DNA of 64,000 bases from Desulfatiglandales bacterium (GCA_963667015.2 CAXXJJ010000004.1:1600001-1664000), one strand, 5' to 3'. Positions 1 through 10,647 are shown, numbered from the stretch's first letter. Made by a program: numbers and translations. Notes: generated by a model from the letters alone, not told the origin.

Positions 1-312
1 ACACCAATGACAGAGATTTACGTAATGCACGGTGAAACCGCAGCAGCAGCTTCATACTCAAGACGTCTGGTTAAGGAAAAAGACGCAGGTCGTCCGCTTC
101 AGCCGACCATTGACAAGATGAATCAGCTTGCTCAGGAATATTATGACAAATCAAGACCCGTATACTGTGCAAAACGCGGTTTTGTTGATGAAGTTGTATC
201 ACTGCCTGAATTAAGAAATTACATGAAGGCATTCGCCGGTTCAGCATACCAGAATCCAAAATCCATCTGCTCAAGGAATCACATGATTCTTCCAAGGATG
301 ATCAAGGGTTAA
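1..312 (+). CDS. gcdA: 3' end of a carboxyltransferase, most like glutaconyl-CoA decarboxylase alpha subunit (partial; begins before the window)
   Basis: C-terminus YYDKSRPVYCAKRGFVDEVV...AYQNPKSIC..HMILPR resembles the GcdA C-terminus as I recall it; frame open from the window start. Confidence 0.7.
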   Translation, partial: TPMTEIYVMHGETAAAASYSRRLVKEKDAGRPLQPTIDKMNQLAQEYYDKSRPVYCAKRGFVDEVVSLPELRNYMKAFAGSAYQNPKSICSRNHMILPRMIKG

Positions 313-336
313 TTTTTTAACTGTTTTTTGATATTT

Positions 337-368
337 AAAGCGGGGCATTTTTATGTCCCGCTTTTTTT
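337..368 (+). terminator. Rho-independent terminator
   Basis: Hairpin aaagcggggcat / atgtcccgcttt followed by a T run, just after the stop at 312. Confidence 0.7.
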
Positions 369-387
369 ATATGAGGAGAACAAATCA

Positions 388-1266
388 ATGCCCAATAACA
401 AAAGCCCTGCAGCAATACTCAGGAAACTATTAAACAGCCCGGAATTTCTTATAATGCCCTGCTGTTATGACGCGTTGAGTGCAAAGCTCATTCAGGAAGC
501 CGGTTTTTCTCTGACTTTTATGAGCGGGTTTGCCGTGTCTGCGGCCCGGCTGGGTCTCCCTGATACCGGTCTGATCTCCTATGGCGAAATGGCGGATCAA
601 CTTAAGAGTATCTGCAGCATTTCTAAAATTCCGGTAATCGCAGATGGAGACACTGGGTACGGTAACACGGTGAATGTAAAACGCACCGTACATGGATATA
701 TCCAGGCAGGGGCGGCAGGTATAATGATAGAAGACCAGAAGAGTCCGAAACGGTGCGGCCATACAACGGGAAAGGATGTTGTGGACAGAAAATCAGCCAT
801 AAGTAGAATGAAAGCTGCAATAGAGGCAAGAGAAGAAGCAAACGATGCAGGTAAAGATATTGTAATTATGGCCAGAACAGATGCCAGGGCCACACATGGT
901 CTGGAAGAGGCCATTGAGCGGATGAAGATATTTTCGGATATAGGCGTGGATATACTTTTTGTGGAAGCCCCGTTCTCCGAAAAAGAAATGGAGACCATAT
1001 GCATTGAAGTACCTGGCTGCCATATGGCAAACATGGTTGAATATGGAAAAACCCCGGTGCTTACCCCCAAACGATTGGAAGAACTGGGTTATAAAATCGC
1101 AGCATATCCGCTTACCCTTTTATCCGCATCTGTTTATGCCATGAGAAAAACACTTTCTGCACTCAAAAAGGGGGGAACTTTCAATGCCCTTGTTGATTTT
1201 AGAGACCTTCAGTCTCTTTTAGGATTTCCGGAGTATGATAAAACGCTGAACCGACTTGAAAAATAA
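388..1266 (+). CDS. Isocitrate lyase/PEP mutase family protein (methylisocitrate or dimethylmalate lyase-like)
   Basis: Motifs YDALSA, GLPD, IADGDTGYG, IEDQ..PKRCGH, ARTDA; RBS gaggag before ATG 388. Confidence 0.9.
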   Translation: MPNNKSPAAILRKLLNSPEFLIMPCCYDALSAKLIQEAGFSLTFMSGFAVSAARLGLPDTGLISYGEMADQLKSICSISKIPVIADGDTGYGNTVNVKRTVHGYIQAGAAGIMIEDQKSPKRCGHTTGKDVVDRKSAISRMKAAIEAREEANDAGKDIVIMARTDARATHGLEEAIERMKIFSDIGVDILFVEAPFSEKEMETICIEVPGCHMANMVEYGKTPVLTPKRLEELGYKIAAYPLTLLSASVYAMRKTLSALKKGGTFNALVDFRDLQSLLGFPEYDKTLNRLEK

Positions 1267-1374
1267 AAGGCCGGTAGTTGAAAATAATATAAAGATAGAT
1301 TACACTTCCGAAATTCGTGGTAAACATCGTATTATCCTGGAAATACCGCTCAAATATTGTCAGAGAGGTGAAAA

Positions 1375-2136
1375 ATGTTACGGAAACTTATCAATATGTA
1401 TTTTTTCTGGATCGTCCTTGCTTTAATCTTTTTTTCCGGGCAAGCCACAATATGCAGAGGCCAACAGCTGCCTGGAAATATTGCTGATGCAGCCTTAACA
1501 TGGATTAACCAGGTCAGAGCCAGGGAGGGGCTTGAAACTATCTCTATTGATCCCAGACTGAATAAGGTTGCAGAGACTCACAGCCAAAATATGATTGATT
1601 ATAATATGCTTTCTGACAGCAATCCTGATTTAGGAACTCCATCTGAAAGAGTAAAATCCGCAAAACTTACAGACATCAACAACCTTGCTATAGTAGCAGA
1701 GGCAAAGACCTGGGACCTTTTACGGGAGCAACTCGAATCCCCGGAAAATCTATCCGGAATACTATCACCTGAAATGACTCATGCCGGGATCGGCCTGAAA
1801 CAGGACTCAACTGGCAACATATGGCTGACAATACATATGGCCGAACGAGCAATAACTTTCAATCAATTCACCCTCAGTCAGTCAAATACTGATCCGGTTG
1901 AACATTCCATAACAATTAAAGGCAATACCACCTATAAAAAGGTAAGGGCTATACTTGTTCCTCCGGAAAATTCTGTTTTTGATCTGGAGGAGGAGCATAT
2001 TATAGCCCCGGATTCCAGTGGTGACTTTAAGATTACATTAACTTTAGGGACAGCAACCGGGACTTTTGAATTCGAGTTCTATGTTCAAAAAGATGGAGCC
2101 TACAAATTAAAGAATTTTTTTACTATAGGCATCTGA
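1375..2136 (+). CDS. Secreted CAP (SCP-like) domain protein with an Ig-like C-terminal region
   Basis: Signal peptide; INQVRAREGL..DPRLNKVAETHSQNM and ILSPEMTHAGIG; the second CAP His appears degenerate. Confidence 0.75.
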   Translation: MLRKLINMYFFWIVLALIFFSGQATICRGQQLPGNIADAALTWINQVRAREGLETISIDPRLNKVAETHSQNMIDYNMLSDSNPDLGTPSERVKSAKLTDINNLAIVAEAKTWDLLREQLESPENLSGILSPEMTHAGIGLKQDSTGNIWLTIHMAERAITFNQFTLSQSNTDPVEHSITIKGNTTYKKVRAILVPPENSVFDLEEEHIIAPDSSGDFKITLTLGTATGTFEFEFYVQKDGAYKLKNFFTIGI

Positions 2137-2165
2137 TAATTTCAGTTTCTGAATAGAGGGGAATA

Positions 2166-3542
2166 ATGGCAAAACGTGTTTCTATAATTTTGATTATATG
2201 CTTAAGCCTGTTCTTTCCGGGTCTGACATGGGGGATATTATACTACTATTCAGGTACCATGGATAGTACCTTCGGGATCGATGAGAAATTCACTATCATT
2301 GTACCCGATGGCATATCCTCACTTACCTTTATAACTGCACTGCCGGAAGATTACACCCTACCCAACAACACACAGAATATCACAGGATTGAACGTCACCC
2401 CCTCAGGGGCTCTGTCTCCTTCCATAGAAGATTACACTGACACATATGATAGCCATTTCAGAAAGTTTATATGGACAAATCCTCCCGAAGGCACCATTAC
2501 TGTCAGGATTAGTTATGTTGTCTCAACCAGTACCGACTGGAGCGTATCAATGACCAGTGATGGGTTCCCCTTTGACAGTACAGGTTTACCCGATTCGGTC
2601 ACAGATTTTCTTAAGCCTTCCGATAAGGTGCAATCGGATCATGTTTATTTTATAAATCTGGCAGAAAACCTTACCGATGGTCTTACTACCCAGTGGGAGG
2701 CATTGGCTGCTCTGAACGGCTGGGTCATGGACAGCATAGCCTACGGCTACAATCCTTATGGAACTGATGCCTACACAACTTTAACTACAGGCTTTGGCAA
2801 CTGCTCAAATTATGCACATATAGCCCTCGCTCTTGTAAGGGCTGCAGGAATTCCCGCCAGGCTGGCCCATGGATACTCAATCTCAAAGCCCTATACACTT
2901 ACTACAGGAGATGACCCGATAGACGCGAGCTGGGGCCAGGGGACCCATGCATGGATTGAGGTATATTATCCATCCCTGGGATGGGTTCCCTATGACCCCC
3001 AGAGAGACCTTCACCATGTGGATACCCATAGGGTGCTATGGGGTAGAGGAGCAGATACAACGGGTGTCGTAGGGATAACATCATGGACCTTTGAATCGGA
3101 ATCGGTTCCATCCGGCTATCCTGTTGTGTATGAAGAGATGAACATCAACTGGTTAGACGATTCTATCGATCTATCCTATATAAAATCTACCAGAGAGGTC
3201 AGTGGGACTTCTTTCAGCTCAGTTGTACCCTCTATTCAGGATCATACTATCACTTCTTCCTCCGGCAGCGGCGGCAGAATTTTACCCGATGGTGAAATTG
3301 CAGCAGGGGCTGGCTCCAGCCAGACCTTTAAAATTCTCAATAATTACCGTTACGAAATATCGGATGTTTTAGTGGACGGTATATCGCAGGGTTCAATATC
3401 TTCCTATACCTTTGATAATATAACAGCAGATCACACAATAACAGCCGAATTTCAGACTGTAGAGGTTGATGGAGGTAGTAGCGAAGGTAGTAGTGTCGGT
3501 GGAGGTGGAGGATGTTTTCTGAATACAATAGGTTTATGGTGA
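2166..3542 (+). CDS. Secreted transglutaminase-like protein with a beta-repeat domain and a Gly-rich Cys-containing C-terminal tail
   Basis: Triad motifs GNCSNYA, HAWIEVY, WVPYDP; ends GGGGGCFLNTIGLW. Confidence 0.85.
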   Translation: MAKRVSIILIICLSLFFPGLTWGILYYYSGTMDSTFGIDEKFTIIVPDGISSLTFITALPEDYTLPNNTQNITGLNVTPSGALSPSIEDYTDTYDSHFRKFIWTNPPEGTITVRISYVVSTSTDWSVSMTSDGFPFDSTGLPDSVTDFLKPSDKVQSDHVYFINLAENLTDGLTTQWEALAALNGWVMDSIAYGYNPYGTDAYTTLTTGFGNCSNYAHIALALVRAAGIPARLAHGYSISKPYTLTTGDDPIDASWGQGTHAWIEVYYPSLGWVPYDPQRDLHHVDTHRVLWGRGADTTGVVGITSWTFESESVPSGYPVVYEEMNINWLDDSIDLSYIKSTREVSGTSFSSVVPSIQDHTITSSSGSGGRILPDGEIAAGAGSSQTFKILNNYRYEISDVLVDGISQGSISSYTFDNITADHTITAEFQTVEVDGGSSEGSSVGGGGGCFLNTIGLW

Positions 3543-3558
3543 TAACTCGGAAGGTAAA

Positions 3559-4521
3559 TCAGGCACAACCCAGTATTGCCCTTTTGACCATGGTCCTGGC
3601 TATCTGTATCTTCCATTTGTTTCTGTCACCCGGAAGGACTTTGGCTTTATCAATGGCAGCAGCACCTGCAGCATCCGCATTCTTTTCATTAATGGATTTA
3701 CCTTTTATTAAATCTTCGGATTCTGTTGCTCTGTGAGGCTTGTTATGAACCGCATTGAGGCATATCCGGGCATTTCCTTTTTCGATCATGGCAGCACAAT
3801 TCACAATAGGGAAATCGATAGAACTACGGATAGCAAATTTGATGAATAAGCTCTTAACACCCCGAGCCGGTGCCGGAACCTGTATTTCTGTTACGATTTC
3901 GCCCTGATCCAGTATGGTAGAGCCCGGTTTAACCATATCCCAGAACTTTTCAGCCTCGATCATTCTTTTGTTTGTTTTAATCTTTGCATTCAGCGCCACA
4001 AGGGCCGGTGCAGTATCGCTCGGGTTTACAGCCACACAACCTTTTACAGCTCCGAATATTGAATGGTACCGATTCTCACCTGTAATCGCATAACACTTTT
4101 TTCCGCCCTTTCTGATGCAATTGAACCGGTTGTCTGGATTCCTGAAATACCAGCATCTCGTCATCTGACAGATATTGCCGCTAATTGTGCCCATCTCTCT
4201 GATATGAGGTGATGCTGTTCTGTGTGCAGCCTCAGAAAGTGCCCTATACTTAGCCTTTACAACATCACTTTTCGCAATGTCTTCAAGTCTGGTCAAAGCT
4301 CCAATCTTAAGCATACCTGCTTCTTCTTTAATATAATCAAGGCCGTCAATGCTCTTGATATTTACAAGGACTTCAGGATAGTCCGGCAGTATCTCAAATC
4401 TCATAGCACCCAGGATGTCGGTGCCGCCGGCTATGATCGATGCATTTCCTGATTCCAGAATAGAAACTGCTTCGTCGACCGTACTGGCATTTACATGTTC
4501 AAATTTTTTCCATGTCTTCAT
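3559..4521 (-). CDS. Xanthine dehydrogenase/aldehyde oxidoreductase family FAD-binding subunit, copy 1
   Basis: IAGGTD, LKIGAL, ASPHIREMGTISGN, PaoB/YagS-type Cys insert CQMTRCWYFR..C..KGG.KC, PSDTAPAL. Confidence 0.92.
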   Translation of the reverse strand: MKTWKKFEHVNASTVDEAVSILESGNASIIAGGTDILGAMRFEILPDYPEVLVNIKSIDGLDYIKEEAGMLKIGALTRLEDIAKSDVVKAKYRALSEAAHRTASPHIREMGTISGNICQMTRCWYFRNPDNRFNCIRKGGKKCYAITGENRYHSIFGAVKGCVAVNPSDTAPALVALNAKIKTNKRMIEAEKFWDMVKPGSTILDQGEIVTEIQVPAPARGVKSLFIKFAIRSSIDFPIVNCAAMIEKGNARICLNAVHNKPHRATESEDLIKGKSINEKNADAAGAAAIDKAKVLPGDRNKWKIQIARTMVKRAILGCA

Positions 4522-4523
4522 AG

Positions 4524-5192
4524 TTATGACCTCTTCAAAGCTTCAGCAGCATCCAGTACAGCCTTAGGATGCTGCTGGTATGTTGCACAGCGGCAGAGGT
4601 TGCCGCCAAGGGCATCACGGACATCAGCCTCTGTCGGATTCGGATTTCTATCAAGAAGCGCCTTGGATGAAGTTACAAAGCCAGGGGTGCAATAGCCGCA
4701 TTGAAAGGCATTCCACTTTATATAGGACTGAATAATTGGATGCCCGGACTTTGCTATTCCTTCAGCAGTTTCAATCCTGGCCCCATCACATTCTATTGCC
4801 AGGGTTAAGCAGGACAGAACAGGTCTTCCGTTCATGATCACAGTACATGAACCGCAGGCTCCAAGTCCTCCGCACCAGTCTTTGGGAGAAGTAAGGCCTA
4901 TCTCATCCCTCAGAAGCTGCCGCAAACTCCAGTTAGGTTCTACCCTGAAGCGGTACTTTCCGCCATTGACCGTCAATTCTATAGTTGCTGTATCCTCACT
5001 GCACTTTGACGGGGTTTCCGCATCAGTATCTGAGCCGACCTGCTGTTGTGCTTCTGCCCCTGAAGCAAAGGCTAATGAGCCCACTGTGCTTCCCCCGATA
5101 ACCAGCCCCGCATCCTTCAGGAAATCTCTGCGGGATAAATTTACAAATCCTTTTTTAGGATCTCCTTCTGCTGATTTCATTTTTTTTGACAT
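4524..5192 (-). CDS. XDH-family 2x[2Fe-2S] subunit with Tat signal, copy 1
   Basis: SRRDFLK twin-arginine leader; CGGLGACGSC, QCGYCTPG, NLCRC. Confidence 0.92.
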   Translation of the reverse strand: MSKKMKSAEGDPKKGFVNLSRRDFLKDAGLVIGGSTVGSLAFASGAEAQQQVGSDTDAETPSKCSEDTATIELTVNGGKYRFRVEPNWSLRQLLRDEIGLTSPKDWCGGLGACGSCTVIMNGRPVLSCLTLAIECDGARIETAEGIAKSGHPIIQSYIKWNAFQCGYCTPGFVTSSKALLDRNPNPTEADVRDALGGNLCRCATYQQHPKAVLDAAEALKRS

Positions 5193-5211
5193 TGTGCCCT
5201 CTGATTGTTAT

Positions 5212-7712
5212 TTATATTTTCCCAAGAGCCTTAAGAACCCTGTCAGGAGTCACTGGAAAATCAAGAATCCATTTGCCTGTGGCATTATAAATTGCACCTG
5301 AGGTGATTGCCGACATAGCAGCGCCGATATTCTCCCCTATCCCAAATGCCCCGTATGTGCCGTATCCGAGATGTGTCTCAGTAAGATTACAGTCAACAGT
5401 CGGATAGTCGTTCATGGTTCCAATATGATAGTTGATGTGGTCGAAGTTAAGTCCAACGCCGGTTTCCGGACAGAATATTTTTTCTTCTGTTGCACTTCTT
5501 CCAAGCCCCATGATGGCACCGCCATATTGTTGACCTTCCGCGCCTTTACGGTTAAATAAATGACCGATATCATTGGCACATACTATATTAGATACATAGA
5601 CCATGCCGGTTTCTGTATCTACTTCTACCTCTATAAAGTGAGCCTGCCTGCCCATCACATAATTTTCCCCACCCATCATCCCGTTAAACATCGTAGTCAT
5701 GGGAGAACCTACTTCCGGGTGTACGATGATGGGATTTGACTGCATAAAACCTCCCACTACCTGACTTACCGGTCTCCTGTTTTCCGGTTTTGCCTTCTCA
5801 ACAACATAGCTGTCTTTTATATCGTAGTCTGCGGGATTCGAATTCGGTGTAGAGCCGGATCCTCCGCCCATACCAAACATAAACCCGGGCATTCCTCCCT
5901 GCATGGATTGCCCTGCCCTTTCCAGGATTTTCTGCTTAAGCTCACGGGCTGCAACGACCAGCTGAACCGTGGCGTTGACAGTACCTGTAGAACCGGCCGG
6001 TTGAGCAAGACAAAAAGCGCTGTTATCCGAATGCTGCTCCTGAATCAGGACATCTTCATATTTCATACCCAGTTCAGCTGCCACACAATGGCGATACCCT
6101 GACTCCGTATCTGTGCCCATGTTACACCTGAGTCCGATGATTGTAACTTTCCCATCCTGCAGCATCAGGCATGCATATGAATTGCTGACATGCGACATTG
6201 TTCCACGACCCCAGTGCCATACGTTGATGGAAGTAAATCCCATACCGTGCATCCGCCCGTTTTTAAGCCGCTTCTTACCTGGGGCATGCCACTTGTTTTC
6301 CCAGTCAATGGCCTTTTTTCCTATTTCAATGACTTCCTTAAGGCTGTGCCTCTGTGGAAACCCGTTTTCCTTCTGATACTCTGTAATCCAGTCCCAGTCA
6401 TGTCCCTCGCACCCGTCATTGATCAGTGCAACTTTGGTCGGATCCAACCCGAATTCACCGGCAACCAGATCAAACATAACATTGTGGGGAACGCAGGAAG
6501 CCGCCCCGTGCCGGAAACACGCCTGGTGTCCTTTGTTGGTATGGGCCCATGTCTGCGTGCCCTTAATATTAGGAATTTTTGTACATTCATAGGTCTTGTC
6601 AATGGCTGGATTACGCACTCCGGTCATGTGCCAGTGATAGGCGGTAATGGTACCGTCTTTTTTGCGCCGACTTTACAGGTATAAGTTCCGAATTCATCTC
6701 CGCCGCAATAAAAGCTGCTCTCATCATATAAAAGTTTTACAGGTCTGCCATGGGCTCTTTTAGCCAGTATTACAGCCAGTTTAATAAAGAGATCGGAATA
6801 AGCCAGCCAGGCAAGTCCCCCGAACCATGAACCCTGGTAAGGGAATTTAACTGTGATTTTTGACCAGTGAGTGCTGGCATCGGACGTATTTTTCTGATTA
6901 GATCCGGCCCAGTCTCCCATGAAGGGCATTCCTGCCATGGGCCCGCCCATACTCATCCCCTGGCTGGTGAGGTTTCTTTGGGGGTTGGCCTGATGATGCA
7001 CCCACAGATCAAGATAATCGTTTCTCCACCGCGCTACGCATACCATGGCTTCCACACCGGCGGGAGAATTCATCTCCCGGTTGATTTTATATTCTATTAA
7101 ACTGTCCGCTTCGGCAAAACCTTTCTCTACATCACCGATTTCCCTCTCAGCCGTGGTCACGATATTTGTACCACCCCCTGATCCTCTGTTCGACATTCCA
7201 AAACCAAATCCCATGGGCATGGCTTCCGGAAAAATCTTCGGTGCATCAGGCTTTGAAGATTCCTCCATATCGAGGATGAACGGACGTTCTTCCCATTCTA
7301 ACTTTATGGCTCTTAGAGCCCGGTCGCACAGTTCTTCACTGTCGGCAACTACAGCCACTCCCATGGGATGCTGGTATAAATCGCTTATTCCCGGAAGAGT
7401 GAGAATACTATACGTAGCGCCGATGTCGGAACCCACACCCCGATCACCCGAAATATCGGGATCGTCAAATCTCATAATGTCCCGAACTCCTACAATCTTC
7501 TCTGCCTCGCTTGTATCCATATGCTTAATTTTGGCATGAGCATAATGAGAGGTGAGTGTTTTTGCATAGAGCATACCGGTGAGTTGTACATCCCGGGTAT
7601 ATACTGCATGTCCTGATACCCTTTCGTAGGCATCATGACGACTCATGTTTGACTTGACGGTCTCGCAGGACTCGGGTATGTCCCAGGTCCAGGGTCGGTT
7701 CAGATCCAACAT
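5212..7712 (-). CDS. XDH-family molybdopterin-binding subunit, copy 1, split by a -1 frameshift at 6663-6657 (ORFs 6624-7712 and 5212-6627)
   Basis: The two halves align consecutively to the intact paralogue 10648-13119; a -1 shift at GCA AAA AAG restores KVGAKKDGTITAYHWHMTG. Confidence 0.88.
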
Positions 7713-7922
7713 ATTTCACTCCCCAAAGTGATGAAATTTTTTGAAATGCAATTGATAGAAGAAAAGACAAGACTAGTTTTACATTTAAGGCTATTAGAAG
7801 ATCAGCATTGTGTCAAGGTAAAATAACGCTTTTTTTGCATTTTCTATACTTAAAATATTCTTTACAGATATATAACGGTCTGAAAAATCCGTTATAATGC
7901 TCATTTCGCTTGGGCTGTTAAT

Positions 7923-8984
7923 TTATTTTAATCCCATATCTTTAGCCTTTTCAGGTGTAAAGAATCCGCGTTTTATCAATTTACCGGAAATCTTTTCGCA
8001 GAAATCACAGTCTATACATTCATGATCACAGGAGGTAACTTTTTCGAAGAATCCCACTGCATCCAGGCTGCGGTTATCAAGGTGCATCATGTAGGACATT
8101 CCGCATGAATAAAGGTTACCCGCCATTAGCTCAAGGAGATCACCATCCCAGGTCTGTCTCATGTAAGCTTCAAGCTGTCGGCAAATCATGCTTTTAGAAC
8201 TTGTCCTTCCTACCAGCTTGAAAAAGTTGGAAACTTCTCCATATTGTTCAAGATCTTCAGGTCGAATCCATCCTGACTTGAGTATTTGAGCAGGATCGTT
8301 CTTTGTCACCTGAACACAGTTAATGCTGAAGACATTACCCTCTCCCCTGGCAGTGTCCGCTCCGGGATTTCTGGACTTGTGCGATATATAGTTGAAATGG
8401 AATTTTCTGAAAGGGCATTTGAACAGGCAGCCCTCATTGACCATTAATTTGACCTCAAGCCCTGTTTTTTCTTTGATTTTTTTTAAAAGTCTCAGGTTGC
8501 GGTTTATGTTTACGTCGGGAGTGAAGGAGTCGGCACCAGCCTTTTTATATATTATGGCTTTATCAATACAGTCAATATCTCCCAGAACAGATGCACATAT
8601 CTCCACCCGGGGAAAACGCCTTCGAACCTCCCTTATATACATTGGATTAGCAATGGTAACGGCTTCCACACATAAATCATCAAAAACTCGATTCAGGTAA
8701 TCCATGGTGCGCTTCAACACATCAGGTGAATACCATTGGCTTCCTTCACAGACCGAGTTCATTAGGAGGTTAACCCGTATTCCTTCCTGATGTATTCTCT
8801 CCACTGCATCCGCAAAATCATCAAAAGACTGTGACGTTGATATCCGACCCGAACCGGCATACTCCTGTGGACCGGAAAGATATATTTCTCTTATGCTATT
8901 CCCGTTGCACTCCCTGAATTTAAAAATCTCAGTAAGTGTTTCAGGATCATTATTGTATGGAACGGAAAATTCTAGTGTACCCAT
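7923..8984 (-). CDS. U32 family (peptidase U32 / Fe-S hydroxylase-like) protein
   Basis: LMVNEGCLFKCPFRKFH, WIRPEDL, FKLVGR, C-terminal CDHECIDCDFC. Confidence 0.85.
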   Translation of the reverse strand: MGTLEFSVPYNNDPETLTEIFKFRECNGNSIREIYLSGPQEYAGSGRISTSQSFDDFADAVERIHQEGIRVNLLMNSVCEGSQWYSPDVLKRTMDYLNRVFDDLCVEAVTIANPMYIREVRRRFPRVEICASVLGDIDCIDKAIIYKKAGADSFTPDVNINRNLRLLKKIKEKTGLEVKLMVNEGCLFKCPFRKFHFNYISHKSRNPGADTARGEGNVFSINCVQVTKNDPAQILKSGWIRPEDLEQYGEVSNFFKLVGRTSSKSMICRQLEAYMRQTWDGDLLELMAGNLYSCGMSYMMHLDNRSLDAVGFFEKVTSCDHECIDCDFCEKISGKLIKRGFFTPEKAKDMGLK

Positions 8985-8997
8985 TAAAGTCTCTCAT

Positions 8998-9960
8998 TCA
9001 GGAACAGCCCAGTATGGCTCTTTTAACCATGGTCCGGGCTATCTGTATCTTCCATTTGTTTCTTTCACCCGGAAGGACTTTGGCTTTATCAATGGCAGCA
9101 GCACCTGCAGCATCCGCATTCTTTTCATTAATGGATTTACCTTTTATTAAATCTTCGGATTCTGTTGCTCTGTGAGGCTTGTTATTAACCGCATTGAGGC
9201 ATATCCGGGCATTTCCTTTTTCGATCATGGCAGCACAATTCACAATAGGGAAATCGATAGAACTACGGATAGCAAATTTGATGAATAAGCTCTTAACACC
9301 CCGGGCCGGTGTCGGAACCTGTATTTCTGTTACGATTTCACCCTGATCCAGTATGGTAGAGCCCGGTTTAACCATATCCCAGAACTTTTCAGCCTCGATC
9401 ATTCTTTTGTTTGTTTTAATCTTTGCATTCAGCGCCACAAGGGCCGGTGCAGTATCGCTCGGGTTTACAGCCACACAACCTTTTACAGCTCCGAATATTG
9501 AATGGTACCGATTCTCACCTGTAATCGCATAACACTTTTTTCCGCCCTTTCTGATGCAATTGAACCGGTTGTCTGGATTCCTGAAATACCAGCATCTCGT
9601 CATCTGACAGATATTGCCGCTAATTGTGCCCATCTCTCTGATATGAGGTGATGCTGTTCTGTGTGCAGCCTCAGAAAGTGCCCTATACTTAGCCTTTACA
9701 ACATCACTTTTCGCAATGTCTTCAAGTCTGGTCAAAGCTCCAATCTTAAGCATACCTGCTTCTTCTTTAATATAATCAAGGCCGTCAATGCTCTTGATAT
9801 TTACAAGGACTTCAGGATAGTCCGGCAGTATCTCAAATCTCATAGCTCCCAGGATGTCGGTGCCGCCGGCTATGATCGATGCCTTTCCTGATTCCAGAAT
9901 AGAAACTGCTTCGTCGACCGTACTGGCATTTACATGTTCAAACTTTTTCCATGTCTTCAT
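8998..9960 (-). CDS. XDH-family FAD-binding subunit, copy 2
   Basis: Near-identical to 3559-4521 (about five aa differences seen by eye). Confidence 0.92.
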   Translation of the reverse strand: MKTWKKFEHVNASTVDEAVSILESGKASIIAGGTDILGAMRFEILPDYPEVLVNIKSIDGLDYIKEEAGMLKIGALTRLEDIAKSDVVKAKYRALSEAAHRTASPHIREMGTISGNICQMTRCWYFRNPDNRFNCIRKGGKKCYAITGENRYHSIFGAVKGCVAVNPSDTAPALVALNAKIKTNKRMIEAEKFWDMVKPGSTILDQGEIVTEIQVPTPARGVKSLFIKFAIRSSIDFPIVNCAAMIEKGNARICLNAVNNKPHRATESEDLIKGKSINEKNADAAGAAAIDKAKVLPGERNKWKIQIARTMVKRAILGCS

Positions 9961-9962
9961 AG

Positions 9963-10628
9963 TTATGACCTCTTCAAAGCTTCAGCAGCATCCAGTACAG
10001 CCTTAGGATGCTGCTGGTATGTTGCACAGCGGCAGAGGTTGCCGCCAAGGGCATCACGGACATCAGCCTCAGTCGGATTCGGGTTTCTATCAAGAAGCGC
10101 CTTGGATGAAGTTACAAAGCCAGGGGTGCAATAGCCGCATTGAAAGGCATTCCACTTTATATAGGACTGAATAATTGGATGCCCGGATTTTGCTATTCCT
10201 TCAGCAGTTTCAATCCTGGCCCCATCACATTCTATTGCCAGGGTTAAGCAGGACAGAACAGGTCTTCCGTTCATGATCACAGTACATGAACCGCAGGCTC
10301 CAAGTCCTCCGCACCAGTCTTTGGGAGAAGTAAGGCCTATCTCATCCCTCAGAAGCTGCCGCAAACTCCAGTTAGGTTCTACCCTGAAGCAATACTTTCC
10401 TCCATTTACTGTCAATTCTATCGTGGCAGTATCACCACTGCACCTTGACGGGGTTTCCGCATCTGTAGTTGTATTGACCTGCTGTTGTGCTTCTGCTCCT
10501 GATGTAAAAGCTAATGATCCTACGGTGGTGCCCCCGATAACCAGCCCCGCATCCCTCAGAAAATCTCTGCGGGATAAATTTACAAATCCTTTTTTACGTT
10601 CCTCTGTAGACTTTTTCTTTTCTGACAT
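9963..10628 (-). CDS. XDH-family 2x[2Fe-2S] subunit with Tat signal, copy 2
   Basis: SRRDFLR leader; same Cys motifs as copy 1. Confidence 0.92.
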   Translation of the reverse strand: MSEKKKSTEERKKGFVNLSRRDFLRDAGLVIGGTTVGSLAFTSGAEAQQQVNTTTDAETPSRCSGDTATIELTVNGGKYCFRVEPNWSLRQLLRDEIGLTSPKDWCGGLGACGSCTVIMNGRPVLSCLTLAIECDGARIETAEGIAKSGHPIIQSYIKWNAFQCGYCTPGFVTSSKALLDRNPNPTEADVRDALGGNLCRCATYQQHPKAVLDAAEALKRS

Positions 10629-10647
10629 TGTGGCCTCTGATTGTTAT

